DNA of 64,000 bases from Rhodoferax sp. (GTDB lineage: Bacteria > Pseudomonadota > Gammaproteobacteria > Burkholderiales > Burkholderiaceae_C), in assembly GCA_031418395.1 (NCBI GenBank), contig JANOXL010000242.1, positions 12 to 64,011 of the forward strand, in the 5' to 3' direction. The number at the start of each line of letters is the position of its first letter. The stretch's first letter is position 1. A program made the translations under genes and the position numbers. This document shows, one piece after another, positions 49,349-59,100 of this stretch. The notes under the pieces were generated by a model. It saw only the letters and a program-made list of their open reading frames with translations, searched no databases and was not told where the DNA came from.

Positions 49349-50497
49349 TTAGCGCATGAACTTCCCGTCCCGTCCAATGATGGTCAGGTCGGTGAAGGTG
49401 GAGCCTTGGTGGCTTTTCGCGCTGTAGTTGATGGTAAATCCGCCAAAGTTGACGTCACGCATCGTCTCAAGGCCGGCAATCAGGCCTTCGCGGGTGGGCA
49501 CACGGCCCGCGCGGCGCAGGCCCTCGACGAGCACGCGGGCGGTCAGGTAACCCTCAAAACTTGAGAAGTCAAATTCCTTTTGACCGGCTTCCGTCATCCG
49601 CTGCTGATAGTCCCTCACCACCGCGCTGTTACCGGAGTAGGGAAACGGCACCACCTGCGAGATCACCACGCCACGGCCGGCTTCACCCAGCTCATCGGCC
49701 AAGGCGCGGGAGCCGACGAAACTCACGTTGAAAAACTGCCCGCCGTAACCCTTGCCACGCGCCTGTTTGATGAAGGCCGCGCAGGACTTGTAGGCGCTGA
49801 TTTGCACCACCGCCTCAGGCTGCACTTTGAGGATTTCTTCGAGCGACTTGCTCACGTCCACACTGTTGCGCTCCACCGTGGCCGTGGCGACCGGTTTGAG
49901 CTGGCGCTTGGTCAAGGCGCGTGTGACCGCCTCCAGGCCCGCCTTGCCGTAGGCGTCGTTCTGGTAGAACACGGCGATCTTTTTCAGCCCCAGCGTGCTC
50001 AGGTGTTCGACGATACGCTCACCTTCGTCAAAGTAGCTGGCGCGCACATGGAAGATGTAGCGGTTGAAGGGGTCACGCAATGCGTTTGCGCCGGTGAACA
50101 TGCCGATCAAGGGCACTTTTTCTTCGGTCAGAATGGGCAGGGCGGCCAGGCCTGTGGGGGTGCCCACCGACCCGGCCAGGGCGAACACCTTGTCTTCATT
50201 GATCAACGCTTTGACGGCGGCGGCGGCTTTTTCAGGTTCGTAGCCGTCATCACGCGTCACCAGTTTGATGACCCGCCCGCCCACGCCGCCTTGCGCGTTG
50301 ACGGCCTTGAAATAGCTCTGCATGCCGACCTGCATGCGCAGCCCCAGTTGCGCGGCCGGGCCGGTGGTGGCGGCGAATTGGCCGATGAGGATTTCCCCTT
50401 CAGTGATACCGTTTTCAGCCTGCGCAGGCGCGGCCGCCAGCGTCAAACCGATCAGCAACGAAACAAGTTTGGTAAACAGCGTCATACAGCTCCCCAC
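49349..50497 (-). CDS. ABC transporter periplasmic substrate-binding protein (LivK/branched-chain amino-acid type)
   Basis: Signal peptide followed by ENGITEGEILIGQFAATTGPAAQLG. Type-I PBP layout. Confidence 0.8.
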   Translation of the reverse strand: MGSCMTLFTKLVSLLIGLTLAAAPAQAENGITEGEILIGQFAATTGPAAQLGLRMQVGMQSYFKAVNAQGGVGGRVIKLVTRDDGYEPEKAAAAVKALINEDKVFALAGSVGTPTGLAALPILTEEKVPLIGMFTGANALRDPFNRYIFHVRASYFDEGERIVEHLSTLGLKKIAVFYQNDAYGKAGLEAVTRALTKRQLKPVATATVERNSVDVSKSLEEILKVQPEAVVQISAYKSCAAFIKQARGKGYGGQFFNVSFVGSRALADELGEAGRGVVISQVVPFPYSGNSAVVRDYQQRMTEAGQKEFDFSSFEGYLTARVLVEGLRRAGRVPTREGLIAGLETMRDVNFGGFTINYSAKSHQGSTFTDLTIIGRDGKFMR

Positions 50498-50878
50498 AGG
50501 AAATTTACATTCGAAAACAGAGTATGACGATAAAGCGGGGGCTTGAAAAGTGGGTTGACCATGCTGGGCCGCCGATAGGCACGTTTGACCGACTAAATGT
50601 GCAGGCAGCTATTGTTTTGATACCAGATTTGTTGCTTTGGCGCGCCAATTCCCGGGCGCTGGGCGGGCCTGGCCAGTGCACATGGCGCGTCTTGCCCTTT
50701 GCCGCTGGCCCTTTGCTTTGGGCCCTTTGTTTCTTGAATTTTTTCCAACCCATGCCCTGCGCTTGCATTGGGCTCCACCTGTTTGCATGGGGCGATGGGC
50801 TTTGCGGAAAACTGCAACAATAGCAGCGGTCTTGCGGCCCCTCATTTCTAAATTACATACTTCAAACCAGGAGTTCCC

Positions 50879-51538
50879 ATGTCTTTGAAACTCTACTTCT
50901 CTCCGGGCGCCTGTTCCTTTGTGCCCCACGCCCTGCTGGACATGGCCGGGGCCAACTTTGAGCCGCAGATCGTCAAACTCGCCGCCGGCGAACAAAAAAC
51001 GCCCGAGTATCTGGCGATCAACCCGCGCGGCCAGGTGCCGGTGCTGGTGATTGACGGCTACCCGCTCACGCAAGTCGTCGCGATCGTGAACTACATCAAC
51101 GACACGTTTCCACAAGCCAATCTATTGCCGAAAGAGCCGATGGCCAAAGCCCGCGCGCTAAGCACCCTTGCATGGATGAATAACACCGCCCACACCACGT
51201 TCACGCATGTGTTTCGACCTGGCAACTTCGCGGCGTCTGAGGCGTCCGTCGCCGACGTGAAGGCCTTCAACATCGCCAAATACGGGGTCATCCTGGCGGA
51301 GCTGGACGCCATGGCGGCTAAGGCCGACCCCTGGCTCGCGGGCAGCCACCCCGGCCCACTGGATTTGTATGCCGTGGTGTTGCTGCGCTGGGGTAGCTTC
51401 GGCGCCGCAATAGACCCTTTGACCCTGCCCAATTTGTGGGCCCTGGCGCAAAAAGTGGCAGCCCTGCCCGCCGTGGCCCGAACGATTGAGCGCGAGCGGA
51501 TCAAGTTGAATATGTACACACCGCCCGTTCCTGCCTGA
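50879..51538 (+). CDS. Glutathione S-transferase (beta-class-like)
   Basis: MSLKLYFSPGACSFVPH, INPRGQVPVL. Confidence 0.8.
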   Translation: MSLKLYFSPGACSFVPHALLDMAGANFEPQIVKLAAGEQKTPEYLAINPRGQVPVLVIDGYPLTQVVAIVNYINDTFPQANLLPKEPMAKARALSTLAWMNNTAHTTFTHVFRPGNFAASEASVADVKAFNIAKYGVILAELDAMAAKADPWLAGSHPGPLDLYAVVLLRWGSFGAAIDPLTLPNLWALAQKVAALPAVARTIERERIKLNMYTPPVPA

Positions 51539-51744
51539 GTGTGTCGTTGCCGTAGATAAGGCGGTGCAACAGGCGCTTGTTACGAAGTTGGGCCGCCGCC
51601 GGTTGTCGAGGAACTTTACACTCATCTCATGCAAGCTCGTGAAAACTCATGTAAGTGCTTGAAAAATAACAGTATTCATTTGTGGCGCGTTTATTGCTTT
51701 TAGAGAATTGTTCTCGCACACAATTGTTTACAAGGATGATCAAC

Positions 51745-52374
51745 ATGAAACACATTCGCGCAACGCTTCTAGCTTCCCTGGCGCTGGTTGCTGGTGTCGC
51801 ACAAGCCACCCCTACCTTCTTGCCCGTTGGCGCCCAAGCCAACGTCTCTCTCGCCACCGTCACCGGTGGTGGCTGGACTCAGTGTTATGCAGGCACCATG
51901 AGCCAGTTCATCGGCAACAACGCTGAAAACGTGCTCAGCGCGTGCGCCGGCGACTACCTGATGATGGCGGGCCGCCAAACTGGCTCCAACACCTTCCTCG
52001 CTCTGGCCGCCGCTCTGCGCTCGGACACCATTGTGGACACTGGCAACAATAGCAGCACCCACACTGCCAACGGTGCCGAGTGGTGGTATTCCAACGACTG
52101 GTCATGGGGCTTCACGGCTTTGGGCGACACGGTACAAAATAACGAGTGTGACGTCGGCAACAGCCCCCTGAGCATGTGCCTGCACACCGTCAATGGTGCG
52201 GGCGGTTACCGTATCAACAACATCACGGGGCTCAATAGCAGCACAGCCTATGAGAAAGTGTTCTTCGTGGCTGATAGTGGTCCGGTCAACCCCATTCCCG
52301 AGCCAGGCTCCTTGGCTTTGTTGGGTCTAGGTTTAGTCGGCTTGGTGGCGGCACGCAAACGCGCTGCCAAATAA
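51745..52374 (+). CDS. PEP-CTERM-sorting-domain secreted protein
   Basis: Signal peptide MKHIRATLLASLALVAGVAQA. C-terminal PEPGSLALLGLGLVGLVAARKR is the PEP motif followed by a TM segment and a basic tail. Confidence 0.8.
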   Translation: MKHIRATLLASLALVAGVAQATPTFLPVGAQANVSLATVTGGGWTQCYAGTMSQFIGNNAENVLSACAGDYLMMAGRQTGSNTFLALAAALRSDTIVDTGNNSSTHTANGAEWWYSNDWSWGFTALGDTVQNNECDVGNSPLSMCLHTVNGAGGYRINNITGLNSSTAYEKVFFVADSGPVNPIPEPGSLALLGLGLVGLVAARKRAAK

Positions 52375-52462
52375 ACGACGGGGCGCTGAAACCACGCGAC
52401 CCCTCAACGACAAGGCCAGAAGCGACACAGCCCAAAGGCCAAGTCGCCATTATCAGCCGCTC

Positions 52463-52493
52463 AAAAAAGCGCTCCACCGGAGCGCTTTTTTTT
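52463..52493 (+). terminator. Intrinsic terminator (bidirectional form)
   Basis: A6-GCGCTCC-acc-GGAGCGC-T8. Confidence 0.85.
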
Positions 52494-52529
52494 ACTTATT
52501 TATCCACAGCTTCATGCGGTAACCAGGTT

Positions 52530-52572
52530 TGCTATTATTTATATAGCTAATTATGATTATTCCACGAGACCC
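52530..52572 (-). repeat. AT-rich GGTCTCGTA-type intergenic repeat, copy F
   Basis: Minus strand reads GGGTCTCGTGgaataatcataattAGCTAtataaataATAGCA. Lies in the convergent gap between the PEP-CTERM gene and fdsA. Confidence 0.8.
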
Positions 52573-52655
52573 AGAGGTCGAAAAGGCGAATATTTCAGAA
52601 TTTAGGCCCGGGACTCAGCCATAATTAACATGGGTATTAATTATGATTTTGTCCA

Positions 52656-55490
52656 TCATTTCCGCAAAATCTGCCCACCGCCATAACTGCTCGCCGCCTG
52701 CACCGCGCCGCCCAGCGTGGCTTTGATCGCGCAGTATTTGAACTCGGGGATTTTGGCGAAGGGGTCGAGCGCGGCGTTGGTCAGTTTGTTGATCGCCGCC
52801 TCGTAATAACAGAAGGGCACGAAGATGGCGCCCTGCGGCGAGCTGTCGTCGGCGCGGGCATACAAGGCGACTTCGCCCCGGCGCGAGGCGATGGTGATCA
52901 CGTCACCGGGCTGGCCGCCCAGGGCCGCCAAATCGAGAGGATGCACCAGGGCGACCGGGTCAGGCTCGATGGCGTCCAGCACGCTGGCGCGGCGCGTCAT
53001 GCTGCCGGTGTGCCAATGTTCGAGTTGGCGGCCAGTGATCAGCACCATGGGGTACTCGGCGTCGGGCCGCTCGTTGGCGGGAATGATGTCTGCGGGCACA
53101 AACTTGGCACGGCCACCCTCACGCGGGAAGTCCACATCAAACACCACCGACTGGCCGGGGTCGCCCTCGGCTTTGCACGGGTAGGTGACGGCGTGTTCGC
53201 GCTGCAAGCGCTCCCAGGTGATGCCGCCGATATTGGGCATGGTGTGGCGCATTTCGTCAAACACCTCGGCCACGGCCTTGAGTTCATCGCCCTGGCCGTA
53301 GTTCCAGTCAAGGCCCACGCGATTGGCGATTTGCTGGATGATCCACAAGTCTTGCCGCGCATCACCCGCCGGCTGGATGGCCTGGCGGCCCATTTGCACC
53401 AGGCGGTCGGTGTTGGTGAAGCTGCCGTTTTTCTCGGGGAAGGCGCTGGCGGGCAGGATCACGTCGGCCAAATAGGCCGTTTCGGTGAGGAAAATGTCTT
53501 GCACCACCAGGTGTTCCAGGTGCGCCAGCGCGTGGCGCGCGTGGTTGGCGTCGGGGTCACTCATGGCCGGGTTTTCGCCCATCACATACAGGCCCTTGAC
53601 GCTGCCAGCGTCGATGGCGTGCATGACTTCGACCACGGTCAGGCCAGGCTGGTCGTCCAGCGAACCGGCGGGCACGCCCCAAGCTTTCTCAAACGTGGCG
53701 CGCGTGGCCGCGTTGCTGACATGTTGGTAGTCAGGGAACATCATCGGGATCAAACCGGCGTCTGACGCGCCCTGGACGTTGTTTTGGCCGCGCAGGGGGT
53801 GCAGGCCGGTGCCGGGGCGGCCGATCTGGCCAGTCATGAGGGAGAGCGCGATCAGGCAACGGGCGTTGTCGGTGCCGTGGACGTGTTGGCTTACGCCCAT
53901 GCCCCACAAAATCATCGAGGCTTTGGAGGTGGCGTAGAGGCGCGCCACCTCGCGGATGGTGTCGGCATCGATGCCGCAAATCGGGGCCATTTTCTCGGGG
54001 CTGTAGGCGGCGACGTTGGCTTTGAGCTCGTCATAACCGATGGTGCGACTTTCGATGAAAGCGGCGTCGACCAGGTTTTCTTCAACGATGACGTGCATCA
54101 TTGCGTTGAGCAAAGGCACGTCGGTGTCGGGCTTGAACTGCAAATAGCGGTGTGCCAGGCGGGCCAGATCCGATTTGCGCGGGTCCAGCACGACGAGCTG
54201 GGTGCCATTGTTGACGGCGTTTTTGATCCAGCTGGCGGCCACCGGGTGGTTCACCGTGGGGTTCGCACCGATGATGATGACGACCTCGGCTTTGGTGACA
54301 TCCATTACCGGGTTGGAGACGGCGCCGGAGCCGATGCCCTCTAACAGCGCGACCACGGACGACGCGTGGCACAGGCGTGTGCAGTGGTCAACGTTGTTGC
54401 TGCCAAACCCGGTGCGCACCAGTTTCTGAAACAGGTAGGCTTCTTCGTTGCTGCCTTTGGCTGAACCAAAACCAACCAGCGATTTTTTGCCGAACTGGTC
54501 GCGCAACTGCTTGAATTTGCCGCCAGCGAGCGCCAGCGCTTCGTCCCAGGTGGCTTCACGAAAGACGTCCATCACACGGTCGGGGTCCATCACCATGTCA
54601 CCGCGTTTGGGTGCATCAGCACGGCGAATCAGCGGCTTGGTCAGGCGCTGCGGGTGGTGCGCGTAATCAAAGCCGTAACGCCCTTTGACACACAGGCGGC
54701 CTTGATTGGCGGGGCCATCGCGGCCTTCGACAAACAGGATTTTGTCGTCTTTGACGTTGTAGGTGAGTTGGCAGCCAACGCCGCAATAGGGGCAGACGGA
54801 TTCGACTTGTTTGTCGGGGACGGCCAGGGCCGCATCACGTGCCGGCATCAAGGCACCTGTGGGGCAAGCCTGCACACATTCGCCGCAGGCGACGCAGGTG
54901 GACGCGCCCATGGCGTCATCCATGTCAAACACGATCTTCGCTTGGTCGCCCCGGAACGCCAGGCCGATCACATCATTGACCTGTTCATCGCGGCAGGCAC
55001 GCAGGCAGCGTGTGCACTGGATACAGGCGTCCAGATTAACGGCGATTGCCGGGTGGCTCAGGTCTTGGCGCACCTGCGCGCGGGCTTCAAAACGCGGCTT
55101 GCCCAGGCCAAGCTTGGCCGACCATTGATCGACCTCGTTATGGCGTGTGTAATTCGTCTCAGGCATGTCGGACTGCAACAGTTCGAGCACGAGTTTTTGC
55201 GATGCCACGGCGCGCGCGCTATTCGTGCTGACTTTCATGCCTGCCGTGGGCGCGCGGCAGCAGGACGGTGCCAAAACACGTTCGCCATTGATTTCAACCA
55301 TGCAGGAGCGGCAATTGCCGACCGCCTCCAGGCCCTCTTTGAAACACAGGTGCGGAATCTCGATACCTTCGCGTTTGGCAATGGTGAGGATCGTTTCATC
55401 AGCGCGGGCGGTGATGGCCTGGCCGTTCAGCTCGAAACTGACGGTGGGCGCGTTAAGTGCGGCGAGTTCTTTGCGGGTAACGGCATTCAT
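52656..55490 (-). CDS. fdsA: NAD-linked formate dehydrogenase alpha (molybdopterin/Fe-S) subunit
   Basis: N-terminal 2Fe-2S and 4Fe-4S Cys clusters (CFKEGLEAVGNCRSC, CIQCTRCLRAC, CVACGECVQACP), then CPYCGVGC and a molybdopterin oxidoreductase core. Start at MNAVTRK, overlapping the fdsB stop (ATGA). Confidence 0.9.
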   Translation of the reverse strand: MNAVTRKELAALNAPTVSFELNGQAITARADETILTIAKREGIEIPHLCFKEGLEAVGNCRSCMVEINGERVLAPSCCRAPTAGMKVSTNSARAVASQKLVLELLQSDMPETNYTRHNEVDQWSAKLGLGKPRFEARAQVRQDLSHPAIAVNLDACIQCTRCLRACRDEQVNDVIGLAFRGDQAKIVFDMDDAMGASTCVACGECVQACPTGALMPARDAALAVPDKQVESVCPYCGVGCQLTYNVKDDKILFVEGRDGPANQGRLCVKGRYGFDYAHHPQRLTKPLIRRADAPKRGDMVMDPDRVMDVFREATWDEALALAGGKFKQLRDQFGKKSLVGFGSAKGSNEEAYLFQKLVRTGFGSNNVDHCTRLCHASSVVALLEGIGSGAVSNPVMDVTKAEVVIIIGANPTVNHPVAASWIKNAVNNGTQLVVLDPRKSDLARLAHRYLQFKPDTDVPLLNAMMHVIVEENLVDAAFIESRTIGYDELKANVAAYSPEKMAPICGIDADTIREVARLYATSKASMILWGMGVSQHVHGTDNARCLIALSLMTGQIGRPGTGLHPLRGQNNVQGASDAGLIPMMFPDYQHVSNAATRATFEKAWGVPAGSLDDQPGLTVVEVMHAIDAGSVKGLYVMGENPAMSDPDANHARHALAHLEHLVVQDIFLTETAYLADVILPASAFPEKNGSFTNTDRLVQMGRQAIQPAGDARQDLWIIQQIANRVGLDWNYGQGDELKAVAEVFDEMRHTMPNIGGITWERLQREHAVTYPCKAEGDPGQSVVFDVDFPREGGRAKFVPADIIPANERPDAEYPMVLITGRQLEHWHTGSMTRRASVLDAIEPDPVALVHPLDLAALGGQPGDVITIASRRGEVALYARADDSSPQGAIFVPFCYYEAAINKLTNAALDPFAKIPEFKYCAIKATLGGAVQAASSYGGGQILRK

Positions 55491-57190
55491 GCGAGTTCTT
55501 CCGGAAAATATTTGATGACGCAATCCACCGGGTTGGGCGCGGCTTGCCCCAGGCCACAAATCGACGCGTCGCGCATCACTTGCGAGAGATCCGCCAAAAG
55601 CGGCAAGTCCCACTTCGGTTGACTGATCAGATGCGCGGCTTTGGCGGTGCCAACGCGGCACGGTGTGCATTGACCGCAGGACTCATGCTGAAAGAAGTTC
55701 ATCATATTGCGCGCCGCCTGTGAGGCCGTGTCTTGGTCAGACAACACGATCACCGCCGCCGAACCGATGAAACAACCGTAGGGCTGCAGGGTGTCGAAGT
55801 CCAGCGGAATCTGGTTCATGCTGGCCGGCAAAATGCCGCCCGAGGCGCCGCCGGGTAAATAGCCGTAGAACTTTTGACCGTCCAGCATGCCACCGCAATA
55901 TTCGTCGATGAGTTCCTGAATCGTGATGCCGGCCGGGGCGAGTTTCACGCCCGGATTTTTCACACGGCCTGAGACTGAGAACGAACGCAGACCTTTACGC
56001 CCGTTGCGCCCTTGGGCGGTAAACCAGGCCGCGCCTTTTTCCAGGATGTCGCGCACCCAATAAAGCGTTTCGAAGTTGTGCTCCAACGTCGGGCGGCCGA
56101 ACAGGCCGACCTGCGCCACATAAGGCGGGCGCAGGCGCGGCATGCCGCGTTTGCCTTCGATGGACTCGATCATGGCGGACTCTTCGCCGCAAATGTAGGC
56201 CCCCGCACCCCGGCGCAGTTCAATGTGCGGCATATGGGGCATGGGCGGTTTGGCCTGGATCTTGGCGAGCTCTGCTTCGAGCAAGTTGCGGCACCCGTGG
56301 TACTCGTCACGCAAATAAACGTAGATTTTGTCAATGCCCACGGCCCACGCTGCGATCAACATACCTTCGATAAAACGGTGCGGGTCGCGCTCCAGGTAGA
56401 CGCGGTCTTTGAAGGTGCCGGGTTCGCCCTCGTCAATATTGATGGCCATCAGACGGGGGCCTTTTTCGGCCTTGACGATGCGCCACTTGCGCCCCGTGGG
56501 GAAACCCGCGCCGCCCAGGCCGCGCAGGCTGGAATCTTCCATGGTTTTTAGAACAGATTCGACACCACGCTCGCCGCTGGTACAGCTTTTGAGCAGGGTA
56601 TATCCGCCGCTGGCTTCATAGGCCGCCAGATCGGTGTAGGCTTCTGGCTGATGTTGCACCGCTTTGGCTTGCGCATTGGCCACGACGGCATCCAACGTCG
56701 CATGGGGCACGGGGTTTTGCCCCACCACCGCGGCTGGTGCTTGTTCACACCGGCCAATACACGGCGCGGCGATCACCCGCACCTCGCGGCCCAACAAGCC
56801 TGGCAATTTAGCCAGCAGATCTTGCGCGCCAGCCATCTCACACGAGAGCCCATCACACACGCGCACGGTCAGGGGTGCAGGCGCGGCTTCACCTTCTTTG
56901 ACGACGTCGAAGTGGTGATAAAACGTGGCGACCTCATACACCGAGGTTTGCGGCAGGCGCATTTCCTGCGCCAGCGCCGCCAGATGGGCGGCTGACAAAT
57001 GGCCGTACCGATCCTGGATTTTGTGCAGATGTTCGATCAGCAGATCGTTTTGGCGGGAACTGTTTCCCAACAAGGCTTGCACCTGGGCCAAGGCCTGCGG
57101 CTCGACGCGACGTCCTTTGGGGGCTTGGCGCTTGCGCTCGCGCACGTCAGCCGCGTTGGCCAACACAATGGGAATAACGGGATGGTTCAT
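55487..57190 (-). CDS. fdsB: Formate dehydrogenase beta subunit (fused NuoE-like 2Fe-2S and NuoF-like NAD/FMN module)
   Basis: YEVATFYHHF and CDGLSC...CIGRCEQAP (NuoE-like). GGAGFPTGRKW and ESCGQCTPCR (NuoF-like). Confidence 0.88.
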   Translation of the reverse strand: MNHPVIPIVLANAADVRERKRQAPKGRRVEPQALAQVQALLGNSSRQNDLLIEHLHKIQDRYGHLSAAHLAALAQEMRLPQTSVYEVATFYHHFDVVKEGEAAPAPLTVRVCDGLSCEMAGAQDLLAKLPGLLGREVRVIAAPCIGRCEQAPAAVVGQNPVPHATLDAVVANAQAKAVQHQPEAYTDLAAYEASGGYTLLKSCTSGERGVESVLKTMEDSSLRGLGGAGFPTGRKWRIVKAEKGPRLMAINIDEGEPGTFKDRVYLERDPHRFIEGMLIAAWAVGIDKIYVYLRDEYHGCRNLLEAELAKIQAKPPMPHMPHIELRRGAGAYICGEESAMIESIEGKRGMPRLRPPYVAQVGLFGRPTLEHNFETLYWVRDILEKGAAWFTAQGRNGRKGLRSFSVSGRVKNPGVKLAPAGITIQELIDEYCGGMLDGQKFYGYLPGGASGGILPASMNQIPLDFDTLQPYGCFIGSAAVIVLSDQDTASQAARNMMNFFQHESCGQCTPCRVGTAKAAHLISQPKWDLPLLADLSQVMRDASICGLGQAAPNPVDCVIKYFPEELA

Positions 57191-57208
57191 GTCGAACTTA
57201 GATGGGAC

Positions 57209-58456
57209 TTAGATAACTTTTTCGGCGCGAAGCTCAGCGATGTAGGCCGCGTCAAAGCCCAATTGGCTCAGCACCTCGTCGGTGTGTTCCCCCAGCAGAG
57301 GCGAGCGGGTCACCTCGGTGGGGCTGTCGGAGAGTTTGATGGGGTTACCCACCGTGAGGTATTTGCCGCGCGTGGGGTGATCAACCTCCACCACAGTGCC
57401 GGTGGCGCGCAGTGAAGGTTCTTCAGCGATCTCTTTCATCGAGAGAATCGGGCCGCAGGGAATGTCGTATTGATTGAGGATGTCCATGGCCTCAAACTTG
57501 GTCTTGGTTTTGGTCCATTCCTCGATGCGCGCGAAGATCATCTTCAAGTGAGGCAACCTGGCCTGGGGCGTGGCGTAGTGCGGGTTGGTGATCCAGTCTT
57601 CCTCGTCAATCACCTTGCATATGGCCGGCCACACGCCCGCCTGCGTGATGAAGTAAATGTAAGCATTCGGGTCTTTTTGCCAGCCCTTGCACTTGAGGAT
57701 GGAGCCTGGCTGGCCGCCCCCTGAGGAGTTGCCTGCGCGCGGCACAGCCTCGCCAAATTCGATCTCGGGAAACTGCGGGTACTCTTGCAGCACGCCAGTG
57801 CGCTCCAAGCGCTGCTGGTCACGCAGCTTGACACGGCACAAATTGAGCACCGCGTCCTGCATGGGCGCCAGCACTTTTTGTCCGCGATTCGTCGTGTTGC
57901 GCTGGTAGAGTGCCGCCACAATGCCCAGCGCCAGATGCAGGCCGGTGCCGCTGTCGCCAATCTGCGCGCCGGTGACCATCGGCAAGCCGTCGTCCAGACC
58001 GGTCGTGGACGCCGCACCGCCCGCACATTGGGCTACGTTTTCGTAAACCTTGCATAGCTCGTAGGGGCCCGGGCCGAAGCCCTTGACCGAGGCCACCACC
58101 ATGCGCGGGTTGATCGCCTGGATGTGCTCCCAGGTGATGCCCATGCGGTCTAACGCGCCGGGCGCGAAGTTTTCGACCATCACGTCGCATTGTTTGATCA
58201 GGGCGTCCAGCACCTCGCGACCTTTGGGTTTTTTGGTGTCCAGCGTGATGGAGCGTTTGTTGTGGTTCAACATCGTGAAATACAGGCTATCGACGCCGGG
58301 GATGTCGCGCAGTTGTCCGCGTGTTGCATCGCCCACGCCGGCGCGTTCCACTTTGATCACGTCCGCACCCAGCCAGGCCAGCAACTGTGTGCAGGTGGGA
58401 CCGGACTGCACATGCGTGAAGTCCAGAATCTTCACGCCGTCCAGGGCTTTGCTCAC
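57209..58456 (-). CDS. Formyl-CoA:oxalate CoA-transferase paralog (YfdW-like, 415 aa)
   Basis: [50 protein letters not shown]. Family III CoA-transferase. Confidence 0.88.
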   Translation of the reverse strand: MSKALDGVKILDFTHVQSGPTCTQLLAWLGADVIKVERAGVGDATRGQLRDIPGVDSLYFTMLNHNKRSITLDTKKPKGREVLDALIKQCDVMVENFAPGALDRMGITWEHIQAINPRMVVASVKGFGPGPYELCKVYENVAQCAGGAASTTGLDDGLPMVTGAQIGDSGTGLHLALGIVAALYQRNTTNRGQKVLAPMQDAVLNLCRVKLRDQQRLERTGVLQEYPQFPEIEFGEAVPRAGNSSGGGQPGSILKCKGWQKDPNAYIYFITQAGVWPAICKVIDEEDWITNPHYATPQARLPHLKMIFARIEEWTKTKTKFEAMDILNQYDIPCGPILSMKEIAEEPSLRATGTVVEVDHPTRGKYLTVGNPIKLSDSPTEVTRSPLLGEHTDEVLSQLGFDAAYIAELRAEKVI

Positions 58457-58458
58457 GC

Positions 58459-58914
58459 CTATTCCCCTTGTGCAGGTGTTGGCGGTTCTGCCCGCCTGGT
58501 TTCGGCCTCGTTCAGGCGTTTACGCAGCTCGCGTTCTTCTTTGAAGCGTGCCGTTTCGTCACGAACTACCGCTGCAATGCCGCTCACCGAACCATCGGGT
58601 GCATGCAGCAACGACACCGTGAACGCAATCGACAAACTACGCCCGTCCTTGTGTGCCGCAGGCACCTTGAGCAGGTCATGGCCGTATTTGGTCACGCCCG
58701 TTTTCATGGTCTGGTGGTAACCGTCCCAATGGCGCTGCTGCTGACGCTCTGGAATGATCATGTCCAGCGACTGGCCCAGCGCCTCGCCCTCGGTAAAACC
58801 AAACATGCGCTCACAGGCGGGGTTCCACAGCGTGATCAGGCCGCTGGCGTCACACACCATCACGGCATCGCTGATTGCCGTGACCAGTGCTTTCATATCC
58901 ACAGCGGTTTGCAT
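58459..58914 (-). CDS. Stand-alone PAS-domain protein
   Basis: 151 aa. [38 protein letters not shown] ... IAAVVRDET is PAS fold. No output domain. Confidence 0.75.
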   Translation of the reverse strand: MQTAVDMKALVTAISDAVMVCDASGLITLWNPACERMFGFTEGEALGQSLDMIIPERQQQRHWDGYHQTMKTGVTKYGHDLLKVPAAHKDGRSLSIAFTVSLLHAPDGSVSGIAAVVRDETARFKEERELRKRLNEAETRRAEPPTPAQGE

Positions 58915-58926
58915 GGTGGGCCTTTC

Positions 58927-58987
58927 ATTCCATTTCTAAATCATTCGTGCAGGTCGTTGGGCTACACAAACGATTTAGAAATGGAAT
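58927..58987. repeat. Long inverted repeat (16-bp perfect arms, extendable to about 23 bp) just upstream of the PAS gene
   Basis: ATTCCATTTCTAAATC (58927-58942) and GATTTAGAAATGGAAT (58972-58987). On the minus strand the 3' arm abuts the GAAAGG Shine-Dalgarno sequence of the PAS ORF. Confidence 0.7.
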
Positions 58988-59005
58988 TTATTGTCAAACT
59001 CTCAT

Positions 59006-59039
59006 ACAAAGACGGCGCTCAAAAGTGAACGCCGTCTTT
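59006..59039 (-). terminator. GC-rich stem-loop after frc (no clear U-tract)
   Basis: CAAAGACGGCG-12 nt-CGCCGTCTTTG, an 11-bp perfect stem about 60 nt after the frc stop. Confidence 0.45.
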
Positions 59040-59100
59040 GCCGCTCCCAGGCCACGCTCAGGTGAAGCTCAAGCCAGGATCCATTGTCAAAGCCGTGGTG

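Noticed and set aside
52500-52508. Perfect DnaA box TTATCCACA next to repeat copy F.
   Set aside because: It is a single isolated box with no cluster, no AT-rich 13-mers in an origin-like arrangement, and no dnaA/dnaN/gidA context. A single 9-mer occurrence is compatible with chance.
52656-55490. Possible in-frame TGA (selenocysteine) in the formate dehydrogenase alpha subunit.
   Set aside because: The ORF is uninterrupted over 944 codons, and NAD-linked FdsA-type enzymes use Cys. No SECIS-like interruption is needed.
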